From contig OZ237753.1 of NCBI GenBank assembly GCA_965178125.1, positions 372,001 to 436,000 of the forward strand: DNA of 64,000 nucleotides, read 5' to 3'. Origin of the DNA: Bilabrum cf. latius (Eukaryota). Position 1 is the stretch's first letter. Each line of letters begins with the position of its first letter. Under the pieces are notes generated by a model. The model worked only from the letters and a program-made list of their open reading frames with translations, was not told the origin of the DNA and searched no databases. Of the stretch, positions 1 to 11,574 are shown one piece after another. The translations under genes were made by a program, and so were the position numbers.

Positions 1-2413
1 CCCCCACAGCGATCCATGAGTCAAAGGAACCGTCTAAGTGGCCCAAGTGCTCGACGCTGGAGCCAAAGTAATCGAAACCATTCAAATCAAACGAGAAACC
101 ACCGCTTTGTTCTGCGATCAAGGTGAAGTGAGACACACCCACAGTGGTGTCGGATGCAAAGGCGATCACCACACCCCCGTTCCAAATGTCACCATTGCTG
201 CTAGTATACGATGCCCCTGCAGCGAAATCGTCCCTTCCGTTCCCGTCCAGGTCGCCCAGCCCAGCTAGTGCGGTGCCCAGGCGATGCACAGGTTCAGGGA
301 GACCGCTTCCGCCGCTAGTGTTGAAGCTGTGGTGGTCGAGCTCGATGGTCCTGTTGACGGTGTCCGTGTTTGCGTTCATGAGCAGCAAGACAATGTTGCC
401 TTCGAAGCTATCAGCGCCGGGTGTACCACCCGCGATGTCGGTCACGCCGTCCCCGTTGAAGTCGCCGATGGACGCGACCGACCACCCAAATCCGCTCGGC
501 AGCGCGCCCACCCCCGCGTTGTTGCTCCTGAGCACGGTGAAAGAGGAAGCCTCACCCGAGCTCTCGTTCATGCGCACGAGGTACGACCTCGATGCGGAGT
601 TAGCGGATAGGATGACACGAAGGGGCATATTCTAGTCTTCCGCCCAGCCGGGCCGAATCACATCCAGGTCGACCGCGAGATGGTAGCTGCCACCTATCGC
701 TGTATGCATGGGGTTGTCCGTAGGTACCACTGGTGTGGCAGATTTGACCGTACCGTTGCGGTGCAGCAGCACCGTCCAGGCCTGACCTCTGCTGCTGACA
801 GCTCCGACGTCGGCAAAAGGCGCTCCGATCATGACGTCAGGGACCCCATCACCATCAATATCTCCGATGGGTGCCGCACCCGTCGCATAAGAGTCATTGA
901 GCCCGAGCACTACATCATCGGGCCATCCGCCGCGGCCCAATCTACCAATCTCAACGATCTCAGATACGCTGCCAATCGGGGCCGCAGCAGCGGAGGGAGA
1001 AGCAGAGGGCGTTGGGGAAGGACTGGGGCTAGGCAGGGCGGCGGCGCCTCCCACGCTGATGATCGCAGCGCCTCCGTAGTTAGTGCCACCGTAGTCTGCC
1101 TGGGGTAAACCAGCGAGGATCTCCCTCCGCCCGTCTCCGTCAAGATCCGCGACGGTGTCCAGCGGCACCATGCGGGCTCCAGCGGGGAGAGTGGACAGAG
1201 CGGGAATACTTCTGTCCAGTTGGTCCACGCTCTTCACCGGGTCTGTCTCATTCCCAGGGTTCATGTACAGAATGTAGATTGCCCCGCTGCTCGAAGCATA
1301 GCCGTCCGCGCTCGCGAGCAAGTCAGCCACGCCGTCTCCGTCCATGTCTCCGGCTAGGCAAAGGGACTCACCGAACCGATCGCCGAGTGAGTAGTCAGTG
1401 TTCAAGATGCCACCGACCCCTCGATGAGCCACTTGGACGGCAGAGCCAGGCACGACGCCACCGTCGTAGCCCAGTCGGAACACAGCGATAATGCCGTCGT
1501 CTATCTAGACCCTGTAGAAGACAGCGACGTCCACGGGATTGCCTTCCTGCCTCGGGGGCATGGCGGCGATGGCGGCGCCAAGGTCTTCCCTGTCAGCACC
1601 CGGGAGGGAGCTGAGGCCCTCGCCCGCCAGCATGCTCAGCCTGCGAGCGCTCTTGACCGTGTCGTTGCCGTGCATGAACAGGACGAACAGGGCACCATCG
1701 TCCGTGCCGTTCATGTCCGCCTTGGGGGCACCGACGAGCAGATCGACGAAGCCGTCTCCGTCCACGTCTCCAATGCCCGCCTCAACTGCGGAACCGAACT
1801 CGTCACCCGGTGCTATGGTGCCTGCCGGAAGGCCGCTCACATTGTTCTGCAGGATGGTGCGGTTCATCATCGTGCCGTTCGGCCAGAGGCGAAGGACCTG
1901 CACTCGGCCAGACAGTCTGCCGTTTGCGTCAGAGCCATCCTCTCCGACTGCAAGGCGCAGCAGCTCAGGACTCTCGCCGTTTGACTGTCGGAAGGCAGTA
2001 GGGCTAGAGCCGAAATGGCCCTAACTGCCGAATGCCAAGCTGCCACTCTCCGGGATGCGATTAGCAGCTTTCGCCGTGCCATTTGCATTCAGTAATACAA
2101 CGTGCAATGCACCAACATTGGATATTGGATGCGAACCGTAGTTGGGCGCATGCAGTACAATGTCTGTTATCCCATCGCCGTCAAGATCACCAAGCGAGGC
2201 TCCGCTCTCGCCCATTTCGTCGTTCGAATCCACTACGGGGGCTGGCAATCCGCCAACCCCAGCACCAAGAATCTATACTTTCAAAGCAGTCCCAGCTGCC
2301 GCGGGAGACGGTGAGGGACTGGCTGCCGCGGCGTATGCATCTCCTGTTAGGAGCGCAAGCGATACGATAGCGAGCCGGCTAATGCTCTACAGAGTGGGCA
2401 CAGTCTGACTCAT
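1..2413 (-). CDS. Secreted/surface FG-GAP (integrin-alpha-type beta-propeller) repeat protein, 5' part; runs off the window; 5 in-frame TAG
   Basis: ATG at 2413 gives a signal-like N-terminus (MSQTVPTL*SISRLAIVSLALLTGDAYA). ORFs 2021..2248, 1505..1903 and 632..1483 share one frame, broken only by TAG (2387, 2273, 2021, 1505, 632). Repeated GDxDGDGxxD...GAP motifs and SPSPSPTPS linkers. The frame appears open to base 1. Confidence 0.88.
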
Positions 2414-4005
2414 GCCGATGCAATTACCTTCAATCCGCACAGGCATGTATTCACGACTAGCAAGTACGTCCTTGTGAGTTCCACGCGCAGTGTTTGAAGC
2501 AGTTGTCGACGATGCCTGAGGACCGCCTTCGACGCCCGTTGCTATGAACAAACTTTCTGCAAATATATGCTAGGCAAATTAATCAATGGTTGTTGCACAA
2601 AGGCTGTCCGCGACGGCAGAGGAGCGGCGGCAGCTGTAGCAGAATGCAAGTTTCACGCTAAACAACGCCATTTCATGGGCACAATTGCTGGAAATAACAT
2701 GGAGTTGTGTCAATGAGGCACAAAATCAAACTGATACGACCCTTGAACGAATCAAACGAATGCCGAAAGGGTGAGCAGAACCACGGGTCGGAAGCAGATT
2801 GGCGGCGACACACTACAGCAGGGGCAGTAAATTTGGCGCCACACATTATTCTTCCCTCACTTGCTGTTATGGCTAGTGCTAGGCTCCTTTTTACTTGAAC
2901 CTAGAGCCTGGTATGGACCTAACTCGATTGGTAAAAACTGAGGACCTCTTGGTCGCAAGAAGCTCTTGCGATCCAGCAGTGTGACGAGTCACTGGCAACT
3001 CCCCAGGATTTCTGCAGTTTGGAGACTTACAAACTGAATTTGAGCGCGTCCTGCATGATAACTGCTTCTCGTGCATTTTCATGCGGAACCCAAGCTTGCC
3101 ATACAACGCATCCTTTTGTACCTTCATGGTTGGTGCTGCGCGGGCTGCCACAGCGCCAGCCGACGATGCCACGAGCGCACCACTTTCCAGGTTACCAGTC
3201 TGCTGTAGCGCGCTCTCCCACCGAGATCGAATTGCGTCCGTGGCTCGTGGGAGCTGCCCCGAGCTGGGTGCGGTTGCAACTTGTTGCACCAGCACTGCGA
3301 TGTGCTCGATCGGATGAACCAGGAAAATGTAGCGCCTGCCCACCGATGCATGTGCGCCCGCCCGCACACCTGCCCCCGCGGTGATTTTGATTCCCTAGGA
3401 CCACCCGAACGGCACGGCTCGCTCGCACCGCGAGGCTTTCCGTGCCTGTGTCCTGGTCGCGGATGGGGAGCTAGAGCCCCGACCACCCTAAGCACCTTGT
3501 CCGCTTCTTTCCTTTAAAGCAGGCGTTAGATATTAACCAGAGATTAGAAATAGATAGGCTGGTGCGGATGGGGCCGTCCCCATCGCTGCGCCCTCCGCAA
3601 TGCAGTGTGGCTAGGGGTGACTGGCGCGGGGCTTCTGATGCTGCTCACTTGGGCGACTGTACTTAGATTTACTTTCTTGGGAAGTGCCGCAGGTGCACAT
3701 TGACGTGCGCAACCTGCTACGGAATTTGGAGTGCTTGGACATCGATTCGTGGGACAAATGATCGCAAGAGATGAATCTGCTGGCTGCAAAATGCGCCCAG
3801 ATCGGATCCTGCACCAAGGTGACCACGCAAGTGGGGGAATGCTACCATCCCCAGATTGCGAGACACGTCCCCCTGGAGCAATCCGCTGCTCACCACTCTC
3901 CGTATACTTCGTGAACTCTCTGCTGGGCCGTCGCTACCGACTCTGGGTCGACGTCAAACACATTTAACCACAGCACAGGCACGTGAAAGCATTCACGCTC
4001 GGTTC

Positions 4006-7000
4006 TCACGCCTGCTCCGCGTCCTTGCCACCACCGCCCCCAACCTTGGACGCTGTCGCTGCGGTGTGAGGTCCCACCACCTCGGTCCCCACGTCGGTAT
4101 CCTTCTCCTTGGTCGCTCCCATCCACTCCAGCGCCAGCAGCACCAAGTACGCCACGATCCACACGGCCGCTGCTGCGGCCGTCACGCCGACCCACCCACC
4201 GCTCGGAATGCCGGCCTTGTCCGACGCCAGGCCCGCACCCAGGATCACAGCGAGCAGCCCCAGCACGCTGGCGATGTACCCGAAGCCCTTGTGCGCGATC
4301 TCCCACATGGGCCGGCTGGGCTCCCCCTTGTGCGGACGCATAGCCCCGAGGACCCCCTGGATGAGGGCAAGCACTACCACGATGATCCCCACGATGGAGT
4401 GACCGCTAGTGAAGTGCTCGTCGCTGCCCACATGAGTTGCGATAAGCGCGAATGCGATGATGGTCAGCACCACTGCAAGCCCCTGCGCGATCTGATGCGT
4501 GCGGAACCAGCAAGGCACGCTGGCAGGCGCCGCATGGTGCGCATCAGCATCCGTTCCAGCGCCATCACTGGCGGGAACAGGCGCAGCAGCTTTGGGAGCG
4601 GCCGGCGTGACGCCCAGCTGCTTGCAGAACCTCGCTGCGATCACACCAGTGGGCACCAGCACAGCCCACGCCAGGCCCATCATCACACCGTGCGCCACGA
4701 TCAGCCCAGCCAAGGCCACAGCCTCCACCGCACCAGTGCTCAAGTCCACGCTGACCACGGATCGGCCGGCCAGGCTGTGAGCCCCGCTCGACTCGATGCT
4801 GCTGGCTGACCCGTGCTTGGCCATGAGCATGAAGAGGTCCCCTTCGGATCCGCCCGCGGGCAGCACATGGTCGCCCGAGTCGCCCGTATCCAGGGCCCGC
4901 GTGAACTCCATCACCCAGCTGCCGTTCCGCTCGTACAGCCTCGTGTTGGTGAGGCTGGCCTCAGCGTCCCGAGCGATGCCAGACCCGAAGCCCGACCGTC
5001 CACTCAGATCGTACTCTCGCACCGAGTCCGCGGCCGATGCGGCTCCCAGGGTGGCCACCACGGCATGCGTGCCCGGCATGGTGGCATCGTTCGGGTTGAA
5101 GCCGAGGGCGAACCACCCTTGCGTTGCATCGTGCACCACTCTGGCGTGAAGGTACTAGTCAGTCGCGGCATCGCCAGACCCAGACACCACGGCAGCTCCG
5201 GCTCCCGGGTCGGCGTTGTTGGTCAGGCTCCACATGACCTCTAGGCCGCTCACTAGCTCCTGCCGAGACGCGAAGGAGCCATCTGATAACCCTGCAAAAC
5301 CCGTCGAGGCCGGTGGCGGGGCCACGAAGTCCACGACCTCCAAGCTACCTGCGGCTGCATTCGACGTCCACGTGCCCTGGGACCGCAGGGGACTGCTGGC
5401 GTTGTTGACCTGCACACCCAGGCTGTCCACCAGATCGTTGTAGGCCGCGGCAGTGTCTGTGTCTGCCGGTACGATGCTGAACCGCACCACCACGCTGCCG
5501 CGCTCCACAGACTTCACCAGCACGCGAGACGCCTCGATGGCCAGAGCCCCCGCCACGTCGGCGGCGAACTGAGTCTCGAAGGCATCTGGATCCGACTCGT
5601 AGTCCTGATCGAAGTCAACCGCCAGTCGCAGCCCAAGCACCACGCGAGACACGGCGCCCGGTCCCATGGCAGCAGGATCTGTTCCCTGAGGCGGCAGTCG
5701 GCATCGGCTCGAGGTGCTGTCAAACGTGAACCCAGGAGCGCACTCGCTGCAGCTAGGGCCGGTGTGACCCGGGTCGCACACGCACTGCAGACCCCCGCTA
5801 GTAGACTGCACTACGTCGCACCGTCCACGGCCCGAGCAAACCAAGGCGTTGTCGCAAACAGTGGTGGGCCGCAGCACCACACTGCCCGTGCCACGAGACG
5901 AGTGGTACGCGATGCCGTCCAGGCTGCCCTGCCGCATGCTGCCCATCGCCCAGATGAATCCAGTGCTGGCCTGCTCCACGGCCGACCACACCCCGTCCTG
6001 CACGTCGGTGGCCGCCGCACCCTCAGCATCGACCAGCGGCCGACGGAACACCAGCACCGCCCTCGCCTCGTCCGTTGCCGCCTGGGATCCAGTCGGGGCA
6101 CTGCCAGCGAACGAACCTGATTCCAAGAAGAGGTTCCCGGCTGCATCGCTAGACGCGACCGCTGACTTGCTGGGACTAGAGACCATATCGTAGGGAAGCA
6201 CGCGTGGCGGGCTCTGCCCCAAGAGGCCCACCACGGCGCGCCCAGTGGTGCCGGACAGCATCGTGCCGCTGGCCGACTGAGCCAGCCCAATCCACTCCGT
6301 GCTGGCGGGCGCGGCCTGCTGCAGCTCGAGAGACATGCGCACGTGCGTGGGCTGCTCGGTGCTGGTGCCGGCCACGAACTCGCTGCCCTGGGCATCCTCC
6401 AGCCTCCACCTGAGCTTCATGACCGGGTCGCTGGTGTCGCTCCCGATGGGCACCATGTTGTCAGCGGGGAACTGCACGGCTGCGATGACGGCTGCTGCTG
6501 AGGGTGACACGCTGGTGCTGGACGACGGCAGCACTGAGGTGCTAGGGCTTGGCGATGCAGATGGTATGGTGCTGGCGCTCGTACTCGTGCTCGGGCTTGC
6601 GGATGCCGTCGGTGTGCTTGACGGGTCCGCGCCCGGGGATCCACTGACGCTGGGGGTCGGGCTGCTTGAAGGTGTGATGGATGAGGTGGGTGAGCTGCTC
6701 GGGATCACGGAGGGTGTTGATGTCGTCGACGGCGAAGGGGAGGGGGAGGGTGCCGGCAGGCCCACTGTGGGCACGGGGTCCGGTACTGCCACCCAGTCGC
6801 CGTTCGAGTCCTGGACCGAGGCCCGGCTCGCGAGAGAGATTGACACGGTCTCCGCACCGTTTCTTACGCCAGAGATGACTGGTTGGATGACCCACGTGGC
6901 CGCTGTTGCTCCCTGCGTCACAGACGTGATGTCTGACACGGTGGCGGTGCCTCCCGTGGAGGAGATGGTGTATGCGCTCGCACCAAGGGCCCCGCCGTCT

Positions 7001-7866
7001 GCCGCTTGAACAGGTCCGCTGAACTGGGCCGTGATGGCCAGGCTCGTGCTGTTGATCGATAGGCTGTCCAGGGTCACGGATGATACGGTGAAGTTCTCCT
7101 GGATGGTCATCTCGATCGTGCCGTAGTTGAACCCAGAGTACATGATGTGGGCCCGGAATGTGATGGCGCCAGTGCCGGGTGCTGGCGGGTCCCAGACCGC
7201 AGTGACACTCTACTTGGTGTTGGAATTCGTATGCGTGACGCCATTGCATCCGCTAACAGCCTTCCTGCGCACAAAGTAGCCAAAGGCTGCACATGTCTAC
7301 CGAAGTGAACACAACGCATCAGTGTCACACCAATATCGTGTACAATCATCAGTTCGCAATATTCTAATACTATCAATTAGAATAATGGATCTATCTCAAG
7401 CAGATGCGCACCGCGCACCACAGGATTGTCAAGAACGAGGGTCGGGACTCAACTTGGAACCCGACGCGGCTGCACAAACTCACACTCCGCTGCTGCCTGT
7501 GTCCGCAGTGATTGACCCAATGGATCCTGATACTACATTTGTTGCACCTGGTGACGCACCGCTGGGGTACCCGAACAGAAAGACGCCATTGATCGCATTC
7601 GACCCTGATGACGTCTTTGCAATGCAAATGAAGCTATCCCCGGCAGAGGTTGCGTCGTAGCTCTAGAGTTGCGTTGAGCAGGATGAATCAGAATACACTC
7701 CAAACGAGAACGTGGGCGGGCTTCCGCCGAGGGAGTGCGGGCCCTGGGGACTAGTGTGGCAGTTCACGTTCCCACGGTACCCCGAGGAATTCGCCTTTGC
7801 GCCGTGCAATGAGAACAAAGAAGCCACAGCTATGAAGCAAGCGTGGGTGAACGAAATCATTCGCAT
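4006..7866 (-). CDS. Reeler + Ser/Pro linker + DOMON + EGF + DOMON + cytochrome b561 protein (extended SDR2/ferric-chelate-reductase-like), about 1,213 aa; join(4006..7264,7484..7866)
   Basis: Signal peptide MRMISFTHACFIAVASLFSLHG. GT-AG intron 7265..7483 restores the frame. Reeler-like CNGVTHTNSNTK*SVTAVWDPPAPGTGAITFRA. DOMON motifs (WIGLA, FRRPL, IWAMG..YH; WFALGF, FTRALDTGD). EGF CSGRGRC..CVCDPGHTGPSCSEC. b561 His motifs (AHGVMM, WFRTHQ, GHSIVG, AHKGFG). In-frame TAG at 7663, 7210 and 5155; ends TGA. Confidence 0.87.
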
Positions 7867-8062
7867 GATTTGGTATGGTCGATGATCTATTTCGAAGCAG
7901 AATTGTGTGGTTGCACCCCTCCGAAAACGGTCAGTGACGTCCACCTAATCATGAAGATGAAGCATAATACCAGCGGCGGTTGCAACCCTATTTTCAATAT
8001 TTCAAGAAGAAGACACAAATATCGGATGCAGTGGCTTTGTTTTGCACCCTAGACGACTAGGG

Positions 8063-10552
8063 ATGTCTCGATCAACCGTACGCAAGTTTAGCAATGGTAT
8101 TGAGCTAAGTGACGGCTCCATTAATGGGAGCGGGATTGGGTCGAGCCAGGTTTTGCACTCATCAGTGCCGCGACGACGAAAGCCATCGCTTCCCACGACA
8201 ATTGTCATTCCTGTAGATCCCGAAGCACAGGATAAGGAGGTGGTTCAGCTAGGCCCTCCCAAGGAAATGATGCTGCACCTTGGGGACTTGCCTCCAGCAA
8301 AGCGAACGCCGGCAGTTGCGCGCCTAATCGTCTCAGCCTGCACTCTGCTGCTTGTCGCTGCTCTCATGGGCCTGTTTGTGGCAGTAGGAAACACTCGAGT
8401 TGATCCGCTGTTTGTGAATACGTCAAGCGGGCCAATACTGGGCAAAGTCCGCGGGGACGCCGACACTTGGCTTGGGATACCGTACGGGACGGCTCTGGAG
8501 AGATTCGCACAGTCTCAGTCGGTGAGCACGTGGTCCAAGCAGCTCAACGCTCTTCGAATTGGACCCCCGTGCATGCAAGCAGCAGGTGCTTTTGGTGAGT
8601 TGAGTGCCTGTGCTCCGCTTTGGACCGCTGCGATGCGTTCTCGTCACATTTCACTAGCGCGCATTCCGAAAGACTATATTTGCTTCCTTGTTGCAGGTTA
8701 TGATATTCCTGGACTGGAATCGAAGCATTTTCCTGCCCCTACTGAGAAGAACTGCCTGACCCTGTCCGTGTATGCCCCCCGCGGCCTTGCCGAGCAGGCT
8801 CGCAAGGACGGAGCAGGTGCTCGGCGCGTCCCGGTGCTCATCTTCCTGCACGGGGGCGCGTTCGTCGCGGGGTCGGGCTCGTAGCCGCTGTACAACGCCA
8901 GTTTATTGGCGAGTGAGCAGGGAGCTGTCGTGGTGGTGCCCAGCTACCGCCTGGGGCCGTTCGGCTTCTTCTCGCACCCGGAGCTATCCGCGGAACGGGA
9001 AACCGGAACTAGCGGGAACCAGGGGATCGGGGACCAGAGCAGGGCCCTGCGCTGGGTGCGAAGGAACATTTTCGTGTTCGGTGGTGACCCGGAGAGGATC
9101 ACGGTGTGGGGGCAGGGCGCGGGCGCCGTGTCTGCTCTGCTTCACGTAGCGGCGCCGCGCTCCTCGGGGAAGTTCCGCAGCGTGGCGGCCTGGAGCGGAG
9201 CCATTGACACGAGCGCACCGCCCAGTGCAGCACAGGGCGGCGCCGCGAGGAGCGGAACCGGGCAGCTCCCCTCCCTGGCTCAGGCCGAGGCCGACGGGGT
9301 GGCCTTCGCTACGGCTGCCGGTTGCCCAGCGGGCAAGGGCCAGCTGGCGTGCCTGCGCGGCCTGGACGCAAATGTGCTGGCCCAGGCGGCCGTGCAGGGA
9401 CCTTGGGCGGCTTCCTGGGGGCCCATCAGGGATGGCACCGTGCTGCCCGTGGATGTGGGGGCCGTGTACAGGAGCCGGCAGGCCCTGAGGGACTCGCTCC
9501 CCGGGGGCCTCCTGCTGGGGCACAGCATGAACGACAAGAGGACTACCCTCAGGTACAGGATGGCCTACCAGGCCGCGGGGCACAGCGCTTTGGACCAAGG
9601 TGTGACGAGTGGTGGGGCTGGGGTTGTGGACGCGCCGCCGCAGCCGGTGGACAAGGTCTCGCCCGAGGGTGCGCGAGCCTTCCTCCAGGATTCGCTAGGC
9701 CTCTCGTCGCAGGAGGCGGTGGACCGGGCTGTGGCGTTCTACGGCGGATCCGCCGGCCTTTCCGACTCCGAGTCCGCGCGCAATTTCGGCATTGTGGCCG
9801 AGGCGGCCACAGACGCTGAGGACCTGTGCGCGAACCGGCGGCTGCTCGCCCGCGCTGTGGGCGCGGGGATTCCCGCGTGGGGTGCGCGCCTGGACTCCCG
9901 CCTCTCGTTTGTTCCCCCAGGAGAGGGCGCCGCGCATTACCAGGACCTGGCTCTGGGGTTCGGTCGCGCGTGCTTTCGGCAGTGCGGAGGCAGCGGTGTG
10001 GGGCAGGGGCTGGGGATGGGGCGGGGGCAGGGGCAGGGGCAGGGGCAGGGGTTCAGTCTGATGGAGGCTGGTGACAGCAGCAGTGTTGGCAGCAGCAGTG
10101 GTGACAGCAGCAGTGGTGACAGCAGCAATGGGTTCTCCCCGCCTGAATCCGGTCTCGGGTACGCCTTCCGCTGGGCGCTCCTGAATTTCGCCCGGGGTGG
10201 TGACCCGCGCACGTCAGCGTCGTCGGGATACGACGACGACGCTGACGACGGCGCTGCTGGATTGCATGCTGAGCCAGAAGTCGATGCTACCGTTAGTGTC
10301 GGATCGACGCCGCGAGAGGGCTGGGTGACGAGTGCGATGGAGGCACAGAAGGAGCAGATGGGCCGCTGGCCGGTCTTTTCGTGGGCGGGAGGAGAGGACT
10401 TGGGCGGGTCTAGTCGCGACCGCGACGGGCGCCGGCCGGCGGGACCTGGAGCGCAAGCTGCTGACGGGATGCTGTCCATGCGATCCGCAGGCACGCACCC
10501 GGCCGCCTACTCGGATGACCCCGCGGCTTGCGATGCTGTTTGGAATGGGTGA
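8063..10552 (+). CDS. Type-B carboxylesterase/cholinesterase-fold protein with N-terminal TM, nucleophile Ser absent, about 795 aa; join(8063..8594,8697..10552)
   Basis: Motifs WLGIPYG, EKNCLTLSVYAP, PVLIFLHGGAF.AGSGS*PLY, SYRLGPFGF, GNQGIGDQ..ALRWV..NI..FGGDPERITVWGQGAGA. In-frame 102-nt gtgag...ttgcag intron. TAG at 8882-8884 joins two same-frame ORFs. Ends TGA. Confidence 0.87.
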
Positions 10553-10621
10553 TTATAGCATTATTTTGTGTGTGCACATGCGCATTTGAGTAGCACATTC
10601 GTTTGACCTGGCCTTCACTTC

Positions 10622-10671
10622 CACGCTTGCGTGGAGTGGTTTTAATCACGCTTGCGTGGAGTGGTTTTAAT
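10622..10671. repeat. 25-bp perfect tandem duplication (cacgcttgcgtggagtggttttaat x2) with an internal inverted repeat
   Basis: Read directly: units 10622-10646 and 10647-10671. tccacgc-tt-gcgtgga can fold back. Confidence 0.9.
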
Positions 10672-10728
10672 CTTCTTCTTGAAAGTTCAACACGCTACAA
10701 AGGACCTCTTGCAAACCCCCCGCCCTAA

Positions 10729-11560
10729 TCAGTCATTTCGCGCACGTTTCGCAGGCCTGGTGTCAGCACTCTACTGAGAAACCTTAACCACTGCATGCTC
10801 CGCGTTCACGACATTCCTGAAGTTCGCGGGACTAAGTGAAATTGACGGCATCACACCATCCTCATCTCGATCATCATCCTTTAGCTCAGACAGACTGGAC
10901 AGTTCTTCCGAGAACCGTCTTCGCTTACTTGCCTTCGGTCGCTTCCACTCACCAGCTTCGGCACCATCCTCGCTCTGCTGGCTCGTATCGTCGTCCGACA
11001 GATCTGAAGCTTCTGTCTGGCTGTCGCTCTCTCCCTCGGAAGCATCGAGCGAGACCCCATCCACATCCTCGGAATCTACCCCCTTACCATTGCGCGGGTA
11101 CCGCAGCCCCGCAGCCGACGCGCTGACCCTGCGTCTTTTGAAGTCCTGCACATGACTCCAGTCGTCTTCCGAGTCGTCGCTGTCTGCGAATTCCAGATGG
11201 CAGGCCTTGATGTCATGTTCTAATTCAACAAACATACTATGCCGTGCTACAGCATTCTCTCTGGAGATAGCCAGAGAAAGGTCTGAAACCCACGTGGCGA
11301 CCATATTCCGCATCTTTCTTCTGTCATCTCTGGAATCGCCCAGCTTCTTCTTGATCTGCTTGGCCAGCAGTTGCAAGAATCCGATGAGCGATGCACTCAG
11401 TGTGCCGTTGGCTAGGGCCGCGAGAGGGATCAATGTGATCCCACTCTTTGGCACGCACTTCGGCATGACCTTCACGTGGAGTGGTTGCAACCAGTGGAGA
11501 TTGCGTGTCGGCCTGCGGTCGCTGGCTTCCTGCTTTTTGTGGTCAAATCGTGCATTCAAT
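10729..11560 (-). mobile_element. Probable 3' relic of a restriction-like-endonuclease (RLE) non-LTR retrotransposon ORF with an acidic tail
   Basis: KVMPKC..GITLIPLAALANGTLS..LIGFLQLLAK...LSLAISRENA resembles the post-RLE C-terminus (K..KY..F.P....G.....L..LA..LS.A..R.NA). No convincing start. TAG at 10771 read through to TGA at 10729. Confidence 0.5.
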
Positions 11561-11574
11561 CGCGAAAATTTGCG

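Noticed and set aside
2891-3830. Possible minus-strand gene between the FG-GAP and DOMON genes
   Set aside because: With TAG read through, a frame of about 210 codons is open (2891 to about 3530), but it has no clear start, splice pattern or recognisable motif.
10000-10130. (GGGCAG)n and ggtgacagcagcagt repeats as a CRISPR or telomere-like array
   Set aside because: They are in-frame Gly/Gln and Ser/Gly/Asp low-complexity coding sequence within the esterase, with no spacers.
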